64,000 nucleotides of DNA, from assembly GCA_951406725.2 (NCBI GenBank), contig OX597816.1, positions 106,082,001 to 106,146,000 of the forward strand, given 5' to 3'. Made by a program: the position numbers and the translations under genes. Numbering within the stretch: the first letter of the stretch is position 1; every line of letters starts with the position of its first letter. Below are positions 40,951 through 54,907 of the stretch, piece after piece. Source of the stretch: Octopus vulgaris. Taxonomy: Eukaryota. Below the pieces are notes generated by a model that worked only from the letters and a program-made list of their open reading frames with translations, was not told the DNA's origin and searched no databases.

Positions 40951-41795
40951 TCGCGAAGTCCAAGTCCAGGGTCCCTTTCTGAACCCTATTTCCTTAAGCC
41001 CTTCTTGTTCAAACAGGTACGATGCTCTTTTGCGCAAGTATCCTGAAGTATAACAATATCATTCAGTCACTCTGTATATATAAAACAAAGGATGTCTATG
41101 TGTGTTTGTATGTATGTGTAATATGTATGCATTTCTACAGTTTTCTACCAATTTTTACCAAACTTTACACACATATTATCTATGTGCCAAAGATGGTCAT
41201 GCGTTATATAACTTTTTGCCCAGAGCTCCCGCGTAAAGCGAGAAATCGGGGGAAAGGGTGTTTTACACGGGTTTTTCTCTAAAAACTGCAAGTTCCAACC
41301 GATTCTCTCTCTTTCTCATTCTCTGTTTCTCTTGCTTACATATATTCTCTCTCACCCTCTGTAATAGTTCCTCTCTATTAGTCAGTATTCTTTCCTGCCT
41401 TCTTTTTTCTTTCTTTCCTTCCTTCCTTTCTGCCTTCTTTCTTTCCTTCCTTCCTTCCTTCCATCCTTCTTTCCTTCTTTCTTTCTCCCTCCCTCTTTCT
41501 TTATTTCTTTCTCTTTCTTTCCATCCTTTCTTTCTCCCTCCCTTTCTCTCTTTCTTTCTTTGTGTTCGACTAAAGGCGGTGCTCCAGCATCTCCACAGTC
41601 AAATGACTGAAACAAGTAAAAGAATAAAAAACTATGCCATTTTAATCCCTAACAAATAACTCTTTATTTTTCGTACCATGCGTTGCAAGTAACATGTAAA
41701 TGTTGATTTGACCAAGTGCAAAGTACTCACAATATTCTGGTTAGAATAAGGTAGTTATGTAAAGGCTGCCGCAGTAAAAACATACTTGAAATATA

Positions 41796-43017
41796 GGATC
41801 TTTTCCTTTTGATAGCCAGATTTCAACACAATTTCTAGTTAACTAAACACTTTAAAACTTCGTATACTGGTAGAATGTGTCAAAAGAAAACATTATTTTC
41901 AATTTGATAAATTTGTAATTCGTTTGTTTAACGTAGTTTAATTTTTCGAATTTTAACCAATCCTATGCTCTCTTTTGAGCTGAAATCATTTGCTGCGTCT
42001 AAAAACTGAGACAACATCCGTTTTGTTCGTAATGTAGCGTTCGTGAGTTCGATATCAGGCTAACCTACTGGCACCACGGTGGAATTTTTTTCTTTACGAT
42101 TATTAGTAATTTTTTTCTTTACGATTATTAGTAAATTCACGTTTATTTATCAATATCGATAACGAATTACTGCCGTTGCTTAGACCGGCGCCAGTACGTA
42201 ACTGGTACTTAATTTATCCCTAACTCTAACCCTAACCCTAAACCTAACCCCTAACCCTGAACCTAACCCCTAACCCTAAACCTAACCAAAGCTAGCGACC
42301 GATGCCGGAAGGCTGTCACGAAATAGGGTTAGGGGTTAGGTTTAGGGTTAGGGATAAATTAAGTACCAGTACGCACGCACGCACTGGTGTCGATAGAGCC
42401 CCTTGCCGGAACAAATTTACACAAAAGGTAAATAAACCAGAAATGGGGGATCAATGTTTCATCGTTTCGGGGTCGATAAATTAAGTACCAATTACGCACT
42501 GGTGTCGAGGATTTTTTTCCCAATTTATATCACAGCCTCCTACAAGCTGGGGCATCCTTTTATGAAAAAATATTTCGCAAATTTTTACAATACGACCCAC
42601 ACTTCACGCACCCTCATATCCCACTCTAGACCGATTTAGGCATATTATTGTTTTGTTTTTGTTGTATTTGGCCCTTCAAAACCATGGGAGAAGCCTTTTT
42701 GGTAAAAAAAAATAAAGAAAATATTTTTAAAATATCGTTAATATTTTTATTGGGCGACGAAATTCATGCCAACACAACTCTCCTCGTTTGTTTATCAATA
42801 TCGATAACGCAGCAAATGATTTCAGCTCAAAAGAGAGCATAGGATTGATTAAAATTCGAAAAATTAAACTATGTTAAACAAACGAATTACAAATTTATCA
42901 AAAAAGCCAAGTGAAAATAATGTTTTCTTTTGACACATTCTACCAGTATACGAAGTTTTAAAGTGTTTAGTTAACTAGAAATTGTGTTGAAATCTGGCTA
43001 TCAAAAGGAAAAGATCC
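41796..43017. mobile_element. Non-autonomous DNA transposon with ~200-bp TIRs and 8-bp TSD (Merlin- or Mutator-like)
   Basis: GGATCTTTTCCTTTTGATAGCCAG... and its reverse complement at the right end; TSD GAAATATA at 41788-41795 and 43018-43025. Confidence 0.9.
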
Positions 43018-43419
43018 GAAATATAAAACAAATAACGTAGGTTTGCTAAGCTCTGGTTCTCGAAGTGACTTTTCGCTAACCAGCTAGCTTATCAACTGAG
43101 ACTTGGTCAAAGCATTTCAATTCAGCTTCGTGCTCTTTGGCATCCTGGCAGTCAGAGAGAGAGAGAGACAGCCAGAGTGTGTGTGTGTGTGTGTGTGAAC
43201 GAGAGAGAGAGCGCGCACAATCACATGGCCACCGGAATATATAGGTGTGCATTGTCATGCCACCTAGTGGGACCTGTAGATTGGATGTTGACATAAGAAT
43301 TCGGTTCTCCGCAGAAACTACAAAAGGGGCGAAATTCAGCTGATATCTACGGTGAGCTACTACAGTCTTATCCTTTGCCCTATATTTAAGAATCGTCCAG
43401 TCACACACTCTGTGACCTA

Positions 43420-45302
43420 CCATATTGTTTGTTACTGACGGACCACCGGTTCTTTTTTAAACCATATCGACTTGCTTTTGATCGCGCGAAGACTGTGTTG
43501 GCTGAGTTTGAGTACATACTGGAACAAAGCATTGTCCATCCAGCAGCAATTGGACCTCACCCCTTCATATGGTCCCAAAAAATCTTTCGGTGAGTTGCAG
43601 TCCTGTGGTGATAATGGCCCGTTGAATGCTCGAACGAGGCCTAATAAATGCCTTGTTCCTCATTTACAAGACTTTTCTTCCGCTCTACATGGTGCTAGGG
43701 TGTTTTTAAAGATTGATCTTGTTTGGGCATTCAATCAGATACCTATCGAGACGGATGATATTTCGAAGACAGCTATCACTACTCCCTTCGGGTTTTTCGA
43801 AATCCTCAAAATGCCATTTGGTTTGCGCAACACTTCTTCAACTTTCCAACGTTTCATCGATACTGTAATCCAAGGTTTACTCTATATCTATGTGTATATT
43901 GATGACATGCTCGTTGCCAGTGCAAACGAAGACAAGCACGAAAAACATCTGCAGTTACTTTTCAATCATCTTTCTCACTACGGCGTAGTTATGAATCCCA
44001 ATAAATGTCTTTTCGGGGATTCTTCTTTATTCTTTCTGGGCAACCGTATTGATGAAAAAGGTATTCCCCCTGTCGATGAGAACTTTAAATCAGTTTTATA
44101 TTTTCCTTGAGAAAGCTGAGAGGTTTATTGACCTGATCAATATTTTATCGTCGATTTATTCCTCTTTGTGTAGAACTTATACAACCCCCCACGGATGTTC
44201 TTCGGCATCGCACGAAAAATACCCCAGCATATCACTTTAGATGATAATCTGCAGCCTTTAATGAAATTAAGAATACCTTAGCTGACGCCATCATGTTGGT
44301 TCATCTGAAGTCTGGTGCACCAGTCTGTTAGTTGATGCATCAGATACTGGTGTTGGTGGCGTTCTTCAACAGAATGTAAATGGAACTTGGCAACCATTTT
44401 CTTTTTCCATAGTCTTTTCTTACCTTGTGAAAGGTAAGAGAGTCCAGTTTGCTGGACATTGTTGTAGAGCTGAAAAAGAGGTAATTTTTACTCTTCTTCT
44501 CTGGAAGCCATCTACTCGCAATACCAGAGGGCGCACACTCTCCTACCCTGATGTAATCTCCAGGGATACAGGCATCCAGCAACAGGACCTCCGTAATGAC
44601 ATGACGGACCGTGAAGTCTGGCGTAGCATGGTAAATTCCATGGTCTCGACCACGGTCGAACAATGATGATGATTTTCTTTTTTGCCAAGCAATTCAAAGC
44701 GGCTGAGACGAAAATTGTTAGCAGCGTACCTTAGTATTAAATACTTCCGGCGCATGCTGGAGGGTTGTGTGTTTTCTATCATAAGCCTCTAACATATGCT
44801 CTGCGTTCCAATCCCGATCGTCACTCACCAAGGGAAATTTGGCATCTTGATTTTGTATCACAATACACCACGGATATTTAGCTCGGATAATTCTTCTTCT
44901 ACCCTATTCTCCTGGTAATATTTGGTGTGACATTTCTACGGAGCACGAATGCTTCTATATTCCAAAGAAGTATAGGTATTTGGGTTTTTTCTGCTCTTCA
45001 CAATTTATCACATCCTAGAGTAAATTCCACTCTGAAGTTGATCGCTGCCCGATTTGTATGTTACTGGTATCAATAAATATACCAGAGAATCAGCCAAGAG
45101 TTGCGTCCCTTGTCAGAAAACGAAACTTCATCGTCTTGTCAAATCACCTCTGGGAATTTTCTCAATACCAGATGCACGTTTCCAACACATGCATATTGAT
45201 ATCATCGGACCACTTCCACCATTTCAAAATTACATACCTTTTGACCTGTGTGGATTGTTTTTATCCATGGCCTGAAGTCATCCATCTTCGAGATACCACA
45301 GC
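43420..45302 (+). mobile_element. Ty3/Gypsy pol relic (CsRn1-like): RT, RNase H and integrase fragments
   Basis: KIDLVWAFNQIP, KTAITTPFG, MPFGLRN..TFQRFID, YIDD, DAS.TGVGGVLQQ, CVPCQKTK, FQHMHIDIIGPLP; several stops and frameshifts. Confidence 0.92.
44421..44673 (+). mobile_element. 5'-truncated RTE/RTEX-type LINE 3' end nested in the Gypsy RNase H region
   Basis: RVQFAGHCCRAE...LLLWKP...RGRTLSYPDVISRDTG...DREVWR, stop, then (TGA)n tail; TTTTCTT on both sides may be a TSD. Confidence 0.8.
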
Positions 45303-48300
45303 AGAAATTCCTTCTCCTCAAGGGTCTATTCCAGTCTCTGCAAACATGATACTGTTTGACTTTTTTTTTTTCAGAGCAGTGATTTACCAATCTCCAATGC
45401 ATTGCCTTCACTTACATATCATTTAGCCATGGGTAACCAGCTTCTTAATTACTCTAAGTCTATCTCTATGTATGTGTGTGTGAAAAGTCAGTTGTCAAGT
45501 AGTGAGCCATAGATATAAACACACACACACGTACATGTATATGATAGACATCTGCAACAGTTCCTACCTACCAAATTCACTCTTAAGACATTAGTTAGCT
45601 CAGAGCTATAGTAGAAAACATTGGCCAAAGGTGTTGCAGAGTTGGGAGCTGTTTGCATAGCAAACTTATTTAGGTTATTCATGCATATATACCTCACATA
45701 TGCATAATAGCCATACCTGTACCTATGCATAAATGAGATGTAAAACCAAATGCTGAACATTTGTATTTTTGAATGACTTATCATATCCATCATAGTCAGG
45801 GAAATAGCAAACAATCAGCTTCGTAAAGTAAATATACTGAATAAGCAGTGGGTTTTTCAGTCGGAGATCCTACAGTCACCACTCCACAACACTCAACTTT
45901 TGTTGATTCCTAAATCAGGAACAGGGTCATACATTTGTAGGGAAGAAATATGTTAGTCAGAACTTACTCCAGTACATTACTGATATTTATTTTATTGAAG
46001 CCTGGCTCCCAAGATCTTTATAAGTGAAAGTGTGGCCTAGTGATTAGGCATTGAGCTGCTGATCATATTTGATTCTCAACCTTGGTGGCAGGTTGTGTCC
46101 TTGAGCAAAGCACTTAATTTCACATTGTTTCAGTCGACTCATTTAAAATTGAATACCAACCCCATTACAGGGCTGTAACAGTCTAGCATTGCATTCATGT
46201 GAGAGACTTGTATACTCAGTTATTTAAGCATATTGCAAGCCCAGTTAAAATTTGGCATCATGAGCTGTGGGCTGAGACAGAGTAGCTTTTTACAATTTTA
46301 AAGCACTTCCCTTTCATTTTAACTTAGTGTTCTTTACAAATTTGAGCATTGGTTAATCTTAATATTTCAGTCACATAAAATATAAAACAAATACACATAC
46401 ATATAAGGGCCTTTTTTTTAACGAAAATATTACAACTATAATGCACCAAAACTTTTTTTAAAGATAATTTTGGGCTATTTGTAACTATTGAGTTTCTTGA
46501 AATCAACGTGTATTTCAATTTTCAAAGCAATTTTAATGTAAGCAAAAAGAAAATAGATACATAAATATAAAACATGATATAACAATTAGAAATGGAACCA
46601 TGATGTAGGACTTAGATGTTGTTCTCCTTTGTATTATTCTTTTAACAAAATGAAAATGTTAGAAAAATTTCAAGTAGACCTTTTTTTTATAGTCATCAAA
46701 CTCTTGGCAATGGAAAATAGCAACAATGAAGGCATCAACAATATTGAAATAGTTGTCTCCTACTGGTAAGAATTCCAGAAAATTTAAATTCTTTTTCCTT
46801 TGTCCTGGTTTCATTCATTGAAATACGTTCATGCTATAACATAGCCTTTAAGGAATTTTGGTTGAATTATGTGGAAATTATGTGAATTATGAAAAAACTA
46901 TTATATTTACTTTGTTAATCAGTTCACATCGTTAAAAAATCCATAGAATTATATATAAATACATGCACACGTGTTAACAGGAGCTTCCAAATTTCACCTA
47001 TTGGCTTATTCAACCAGATTGGTTGAATAAGTTGATAAATGAAACCTGAAATTCAAATCAACTCAAATTTGACAATAAATTTCAATCTATTCACATACTG
47101 AGTCATCCCATAAGTAAATATTCCATTAGTATTCTTAAATTAGATTTTAAATTTAAACTTTAACACACACACACACAATGTATAGTGTGTGTGTGCATAT
47201 ATGAGCATACATAGAAAATGAGCTAAGCATTTAATTTCAAAAACTAAAACTTACTAGAAATTGCCCAAATCGTTCACCAGATTAAAGCAGAAAACATGAA
47301 AAAACCATGTTTTGTATTTTTTTCCCCCCCTTTTAGTGATAAACCATCTTAATCAATTCGTTCATATTTAAATTAAAATTTCAATAAAAATCTCACTAGA
47401 TGAGATTTCAGATGGCTAACTCCAGGATTAATATGTATCAATGTATAAAGTTGCAGATATTTTATTAAACACCTCCAAAATCTATTTTTTTACTGGAAAT
47501 TTATTGAAACGTTTAGACACAATCTACTAATTAGATAACAGAGGCAAACAATGTTTACATAAAATACATGATTTCCTAACTTTAGATTCAGCAGCGCCAA
47601 GTAGATGAGAAATCAAAATATCCCCAGGGTACACAATCAGACTATCACTCTCAGAAGATACATTATTTATATCTAACCAACTGAACACCTAGAAATATCA
47701 AAATGTTTATCGCAGATATGAATTTGTGATACACTAGTTGTTAATCTAATTTATTATGTCTATGAGTTTTGCACATTTAAGATATAAAACTGACAATACC
47801 AAGTAACAATAATTTTCTTATTTAGGTACAAGGCCAACAATATTCAGAGAGAAGAAGTCAATTGATACCATCAACCCCAACACTTGACTAGTACTTTATT
47901 TTCTTTTATGAAAGGATGAAGAGCAAAGTTGGCTCCAGTGGGATTTAAACTCAGAACATAAAGAAGTGGGACAAAAACACAAAGTATTTTTTCAATGCTC
48001 TGATGATTTTGTCAGCTCACCACCATATTAAAGCTCAAAAATGAAAATGAACCAGAAATTATCCAGATTAGTAATTTGTAACTATTTGTAATTAATAGTT
48101 ATCCAAATTAATAACCAGGATAATTTCATTGAACCATACAAGAAATTATCAAAATTTCTACAATGGTTCAATAGTTTTTTCTTTTTCGTTTTTCAAGTTT
48201 TAAGAAAAAGAGAAAGTTCATGCAGCCTTAATCTGGTGAAGGAGTTGAATAATTTCGAGTCAGTTTTAGAACCATACTAGAAATTATCCAAATTTCTATA

Positions 48301-49052
48301 ATGGTTCAATGAGCATCAACTCTCTGGAACTCTCTCTTCACACATGGTTCCTGCAGATCTTTGAGGTACAGATGCCCAATCTGGACAAATAGTATTAATC
48401 TCATCAGCTACAAATGGTTTATGTAGGTTAAGGGCACTGCTCATTGCTATTGACCAAACCATTAAAAGATGCCAAAGAGACTAATCTTGTCACTTTAAAA
48501 GAAGGGTGAAGATGACAGGCAAAGGGAGTGTGCAAATTATATGAAAGAAGGTAGGATAATTGTCATGGGAAATCTGTCTTTAACAATAACAATTTCTAAC
48601 AAAGGCAAAAGGCCACAAATTTTGGAGGAAGGAGTTCAACCTTTTAAATCAATTCTTCTGGGGTGAAGAAAATAAGTACCAGTCAAATCCTAAACTTGAC
48701 TCGTACTTATTTTCTTGAATCCAGAAGGATGGAAAGCAAAGTTGACCTTGGTAGGCTTTGAACTCAGAATTTAAAGAGATGTAACTAAATATCACAAGGC
48801 ATATTGTTCATTGTTCTATCAATTTTGTCAACTTACTGCACTTGTTTTTACAAGATGTGAAGCATGATTACAGAGTATTAAAAAGGCCAAAATAACCAAT
48901 AAAGATAAATATGTTCATAATATAATTTTGATTATATTTAATCAAATTTCAACTTTATTTATCATGGATACATGCTGAATTCCTGATTTAAATATTGAAT
49001 TAAAAATATAATTAAACTAGTAACAAGTTATTCATAATTTCTTTTACGGTTA

Positions 49053-49058
49053 TTTATT
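49053..49058 (-). promoter_or_regulatory. Candidate poly(A) signal for CHMP1
   Basis: First minus-strand AATAAA, about 170 nt past the stop codon. Confidence 0.3.
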
Positions 49059-49229
49059 GTGTGTGTGTGTGTCTGTGTACAATGATTCAGTCATATTTAT
49101 GAAGATTTATAAAATTTTACAAAATAAACAAAGAGAGCAAAAGAGATTGATCAGATTGTTCAAAAGTAATTAATATCACTAGCTAAAATTGATAATGAAT
49201 GTGGCGTAATATAGGGAGACAAGTCCATT

Positions 49230-49271
49230 TCACATTTGTCGCAATCGAGCTAACCGTTGGCTAAGTTCATC
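49230..49271 (-). CDS. CHMP1B: CHMP1 last coding exon (DELSQRLARLRQM*, MIM1 motif)
   Basis: ttttcacag acceptor, phase 0, TGA at 49232-49230; matches the CHMP1B C-terminus DELSQRLARLR. Confidence 0.95.
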   Translation of the reverse strand, partial: DELSQRLARLRQM

Positions 49272-50779
49272 CTGTGAAAAGTAGAAAAGAAGAACATTAT
49301 TCATTATGTAATTTTATGTATGTAACTAAAAACATAACCCCCTTATGGCTTCTCAGTTTCTTTAAGCCTATGTCAGGGTTTAACCTTACATTTTATACAT
49401 TTGCTCTAGCAATTCACACATTTGTAATCAGTGACCATTACTTTTAAAATAATAACTATCTTTACCACATTTCAACTAAAAATAATTACTATATCAAACA
49501 GAAAAAGAGCAGAACTGACTACATTGACCCCAATATATAACTGGTAATCATTTTATCTTTTCCGGTAGAATTAGCTGATAAGAGGTCCTCTATGCAGTCA
49601 CTTCACCTGCTACAAGTAGTTCATTATTATCATATATTTTTCTTGCTGTTTAGCCCCAGGTCAGTCATGACTGAGCAGACTTATGACGAAAGGTGTTCCA
49701 AAACTTATTGTCCTGTCTGTGCACAGCTAAGACAACATTGTCCAGTGTGTCCTTCCTTTTTTAAAGACAATATCATATGCTGACTGCTGTTTCTAATAGT
49801 AAAGCACCTACATGGAGGCTTTCTCAATGGCTGTCTGTTTTATTAGCAACTAAAGCAGACAGTCTGTGTAAAGTAGTCTAACATTATTTACAAATTTCTT
49901 ACATAGCACAGAAAGAAAATTGATGCCAAGTTTCTGGGCTGATTTTTTTCTTTATTTTATTATAGAAGTAGAAACGATGTGGTGAACAGTTGAGAAAATT
50001 ATACTAATCAAGACTAATCTAAATATATTCAGGTATATAAAAGGAGTGTTTGTTGCAACCAGTTTCATATATATGAGTGTTATGTACACTTTAGAAAGGA
50101 GAAAAACAGTAAGCATAGGTTGTAAGAGTTGCAGTTTAGCTCCAGACCAGGTATGATTGGATAAAATTATGATCAAAGGCATGTCAACCATAATCAACCC
50201 ATTTTCTCATGGCACAGTGCATCCACGATATTTCCCAGTATCTCCCTCTTTTCTAAGAATGTATGATAGCAAGGGAATTTGGCTGTTATTTCTAGCAGGT
50301 TGAACAATCATGTAAAGATTGTCATTGGAGTGTGTTGTAATACTATTTTGATCTGCTGTTTAGTTTTTCATATATTAAGAAAATATACCAACAATGTCAT
50401 ATATTTCATTAAAAAAACATGTGGCTAAAATCTTTATATTTCTAGAGATGTCAGACTTCACACTCATTGATAATCTTTCATGATGACTAGACATTTATAA
50501 GAATTGCCTTCCAGAGTTTGCATTTCATCCTCTGAGCTATGATTTCAGCTGTAAATAGTTGATAAAATTTCATGCAAGTAGCTTTGCTAAATTTATTTAT
50601 AGCAAGATACAATAGGCTTAGCAAATTCTAGAGACTGCTTGAAGTCCTTGGCTGGTGACTCCACTATCTACTTCAAAGGTACCCAATGAGAAGAAACAGG
50701 GAGAAATAGCATGGGGAACAATAAGGTGAAAAAGAATGACAAAATAAAAAATGGATGAGCTGAAATGTCTTTTACAAAC

Positions 50780-50864
50780 CTGTTCCTGTGTTGAATTTGT
50801 GGCAGCTGTGGCAGAACTGAGAGCAGAGTCTCGGGCAGAGGGAAGATTCATATTTAATTCCAAT
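50780..50864 (-). CDS. CHMP1B: CHMP1 coding exon (LELNMNLPSARDSALSSATAATNSTQEQ)
   Basis: ttacag acceptor, gtttgt donor; 85 nt, phase 2 to phase 0, consistent with both neighbours. Confidence 0.93.
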
Positions 50865-51319
50865 CTGTAACAAAAAGAAATATTTAGCACATTTAAATGC
50901 TTTCCAACTTTATCTGTGGTGCAAATTCTTTCTCTAAAAATATTTTATCATACTTTCTTTTTACATAAATGTAAACACACTTTCAAGAAATCAACAAATA
51001 ATAACATCTTGCACTAAACAAAACACACAAGCATTTAGAAATGTAACAAATTACTGTCACCTATGTCTTACAAAGAAACATTACATCTTTCACCATCCCT
51101 GCTCCAACCCTAAACAGAAAAATAGATTCAAATTGGCAACAAATACAAAAATTCCTCCTCATGAACTTGAAGGCTTTAAATGGCATATATATCATAGACA
51201 CACTTGACTAACTGAAAGTGCCATTTAAATCATTTACTCATTATCCATCACTCCTCAAAGAACCAATGAGTACAGTGATCCAGAAGGATGAATGCACAAA
51301 ACTCTTAGCTACAAGTTAA

Positions 51320-52103
51320 GGTAGAAAAAGTTCAAGGAGCTACTACTTCTGGCAGCAAAGAGATTCTCTCATTCAGTGAAGAGCAGATTTTATGAAGTTT
51401 ATACATTAAGAGTGATAGTGAATGACAGCAAAACACAAGTCTTGAACATGGGGAATGTTCCAAAGATAAAAAGAAATGAGGTAAGCACACTCAATATGCA
51501 ATGTGAATATGCATGAACAATGGAACACAACTGAGCTGAGAGAAAAACATGGCTTAAGAGGAATCAACAGCAATGTACAAGAAAAGAGATTATAATGGTA
51601 TGGACATGTGATGGCTATGAAGTATGACAGGTGAGAGAAGATATGCCAAGTGATCCAAATGAAAGGAATCAGAGGAAAACTGAGGACAGAGAGTGAAGTG
51701 AAGGCTGAACCTTGCAGAAGAACTGTCAAAGAACAGCAACAAGTAACATGATACTCTCTCAAGACCTCTTCCAGCTACCCCCATACAAACCTTTTCTAAT
51801 TCCTCATAATATTTTAAAATCTCAATGCCTTGCTTAAAGCATCCACCCACTTTCATATCCTCTTTCTCATTCAAGGGGACACTTCAGTCTTGCAAGTTGG
51901 TTTCAAGGTAATCTCATTAGTGCTGGTGCCATGAAAAAAGCACCCTGTGCATTCTGTAAAGTGGTTGGCTTAGGAAGAGCATCCAGCTATAGAAATCATG
52001 CCAAAACTGTGACACTGAAGCAAGATGTGATCCTCTAACTGGGATCTTCTCAAAACATCCAACCCATACCAGCTAAGAAAGCAAATGTAAAACAATGATG
52101 ATT
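51320..52103 (+). mobile_element. Old RTE-LINE 3' portion (ORF end, 3'UTR, tail), antisense in a CHMP1 intron
   Basis: KFKELLLL...YGHVM...GIRGK remnants run into a single module, GGTTGGCTTAGGAAGAGCATCC and TGATGA; this links the UTR motifs to the LINE ORF. Confidence 0.75.
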
Positions 52104-52265
52104 ATTGCTTTCCTAAATAGACTGCCTACACTGCAGCTTATGGAGTTCACATTTTCCTCATTTCATAAATATATATATAAGTATATATGTGGTTTGAAAG
52201 TAAGTGTGATGTTTTTATAATAGCATGAATTTAATGTTAAATAATCTGAAAGAGTATATATTTAC

Positions 52266-52417
52266 CCAGCTTCATCTGCAACCTGCATCATTAGTTGATC
52301 GACTTCATTTTGTGGTGCTGTTAAAGTTGATGTGTTGCTCATTGTACCTTCCATTACTTGAGACTGTACATCAAGGTTTTCAAATTCTTTCTCAAATCGA
52401 TCCATTAATGTTGCAAC
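52266..52417 (-). CDS. CHMP1B: CHMP1 coding exon (VATLMDRFEKEFENLDVQ...QVADEAG)
   Basis: cag acceptor, gtaaa donor; 152 nt, phase 0 to phase 2; Snf7-family sequence like CHMP1B ISALMDKFEHQFETLDVQ. Confidence 0.95.
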
Positions 52418-53032
52418 CTGTGAGAGTAAGCAAACAAAAAAAATAATCAAATTTTATCTACACACACATAAACACATATACATTCATACACACTATACAC
52501 TCACAAAATACACATACACAATTAATTAAATCTTGCAACATATACAAATTTTATCTCTAGCAAAATCTTGAACAGAAGAGAAGAAACCTTCATGTCATAT
52601 TTCCATACAAAGAAACGCAAGGCTTTAAGTTTGTGCTCTTTAGCATAAAGACATAGTTGAAAATGGCTACCAAGGTCACTGTATGATTTTATTTTTGCAA
52701 GACTAATCCTTCCTTTATCATGAATCTGTTTTCTCTTCTTAGGTATTCTTAGGAATATCTAATGAATGTGTGTGCCATGTATAACATACTTTAAAGAGAT
52801 TCTCGGTTAACCTAATGCATGTTTTTACTCTAAAATCTACCAAACTTTACATTTGCTCTGTAATGGTCGTGTGCAACAACGGATTCCCTGTTAAATTTAT
52901 TTTGCATATGCATTCATCAGATGAACTCCTTCCTTATAAATATAGCTTCCATATTGGTACTGAGATTCAAAAACATTTTTTGCATAACTATCCAATTTTC
53001 AAACACACAAAACTCTGTAAATAATAAATTAC

Positions 53033-53101
53033 CTTCTCCAAGTTCATAGATTTCATAGCTGATTCCATAGATTTTACAACACCTCCCATAGACTGAGTGA
53101 C
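53033..53101 (-). CDS. CHMP1B: CHMP1 coding exon (VTQSMGGVVKSMESAMKSMNLEK)
   Basis: ttccag acceptor, gtaatt donor; 69 nt, phase 0 to phase 0. Confidence 0.95.
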
Positions 53102-54764
53102 CTGGAAGGAAAAAAGAAAACAACAATATAAGTTGATGGCAATTTCACATTTGAATGTGGTAGAAAAATAAAGCACATAGCAGGAACTGTTATATATTTA
53201 TTTTTAAATATAATAAATTCATTACATTTATACAGACTGGATGACATGTGAAAGAACCTCATCAGTTATCTCTAATTTAGAGATTTCCAAAGATGGAATA
53301 AAAATTAACATTGATGCTTCTAATATCTAATATCTAAACAACACAGAAATATGATATTCCATAATACAGTGAGTAATTAAGGAATGATGCAAATCAATCA
53401 ATACTAGGTTACAATTGTAAGAAGGATAATGTTATATTTTTAAATGGAAGAGAAGGTAGTGTTCAGTTATGCATCTACATATTCTGTGCTCAAAACTTGT
53501 TGAAGTTGAATTTGCCTTTTATCCCTCTGGGGTATATAAATAATTGCCAGCTTTTGTAGTTAAGCAAAAGATTATCAAAGATGTTTTGGTTTTGACTAAT
53601 AACTCCATTTTCACATGTATTATTGTATCTAAGACTTCATTATCCAATGTGTCCTACAATTTTTATAGTACAGTGTAATTTGAGGTAACTTTGGCTGCAA
53701 TTTCTGGCAGATTAAGACTTGCTTACTGGTAGGAAAATGTACTGTGTGATGCACAGCAGTCAATTCATTTGATAACACTCCTCTCCACTACAAATCTGTA
53801 GTCCTCTGCCTATGCTAGAAATCAGTAATTTCAGGTAGCAGTAAGGTGGCATGAATGGGAAAGTGTAAAATAATCCTTTCTATAGGCACTATACTTGAAA
53901 CTTTGTGGGAGTTTTTTTTTATTAGTTAGTTAGTGATGAGACAGTGCCCATGACATTTCCAGGCCATCCCAGCAGTTCTAGAAAAAAAAATGATTGAGTG
54001 AAGTGTTTAGTGCAGATCCAGGGTCCTGGTGTAAGACAGAGTAAGATTGACAGGAGAAATATAGACAGCTAAGTTGACGGTGGGTGGGAAGAGAACATAG
54101 TTAATACATTCAGAGGGGCAAAATCCACTATTGTAGCAATTAAAATAGCTAAGAGTGGAAATATTGTGCTGTTGAGGTTGTAACATGTTATTGTATAGGG
54201 GATTTCTGTAAGTCAATGAAATAAACTCTTTTTAGATGAGGTTCAAGATGTTTAGATACAGCAGCAGCCAACACTGTAACAGATAATTCAGGTAGATGGT
54301 CAGGTATTCAATGATATATGCAAAAAACATTTAAGAATCACCACCTACTTGTATTATCTAAGTCCATGCTGTTGGCCAACTTGAGTTATTTCTCTTAGTT
54401 CACTTTTTGTACAAATGCAAATTATACTAGCCAAAAATCTTTGTAACTCTTTTCAAGTGTTTGCCTTGGCTGTCCAATGTTTTGAGATGGAATTTGGTAG
54501 ATGGAAACAGTGCAAAAAGTTCATCATATATCATCATCACGACCATCATCAATTTAACATCCACTTTTCCATACTTACATGGGTCAAACAGAATTTGTTG
54601 AGTTGGATTTTCCTGTCACCAACCCTTACTTGTTTCCAAGTAAGGTAATATTTCCCCAATGCCTAGACATGTTCTCACAGAATATCAGAAATGAATGACA
54701 CTAGTTGTATGACAGTGGCAATCATTTTAGAACTATCATGCCATGTCAAGACAAAGAAACCCAA

Positions 54765-54818
<54 letters not shown>

Positions 54819-54907
54819 ATTCTTTTATATGTTTCAACCTTGAAGCTGCAGCCATATATATACAATGGGCTTCTTTCAATTTCTGATGACCAAATTCACT
54901 CTCAAGG

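Noticed and set aside
42218-42352. Chromosome-fusion or true telomere relic
   Set aside because: The arrays are short and degenerate and are enclosed by transposon TIRs and a TSD.
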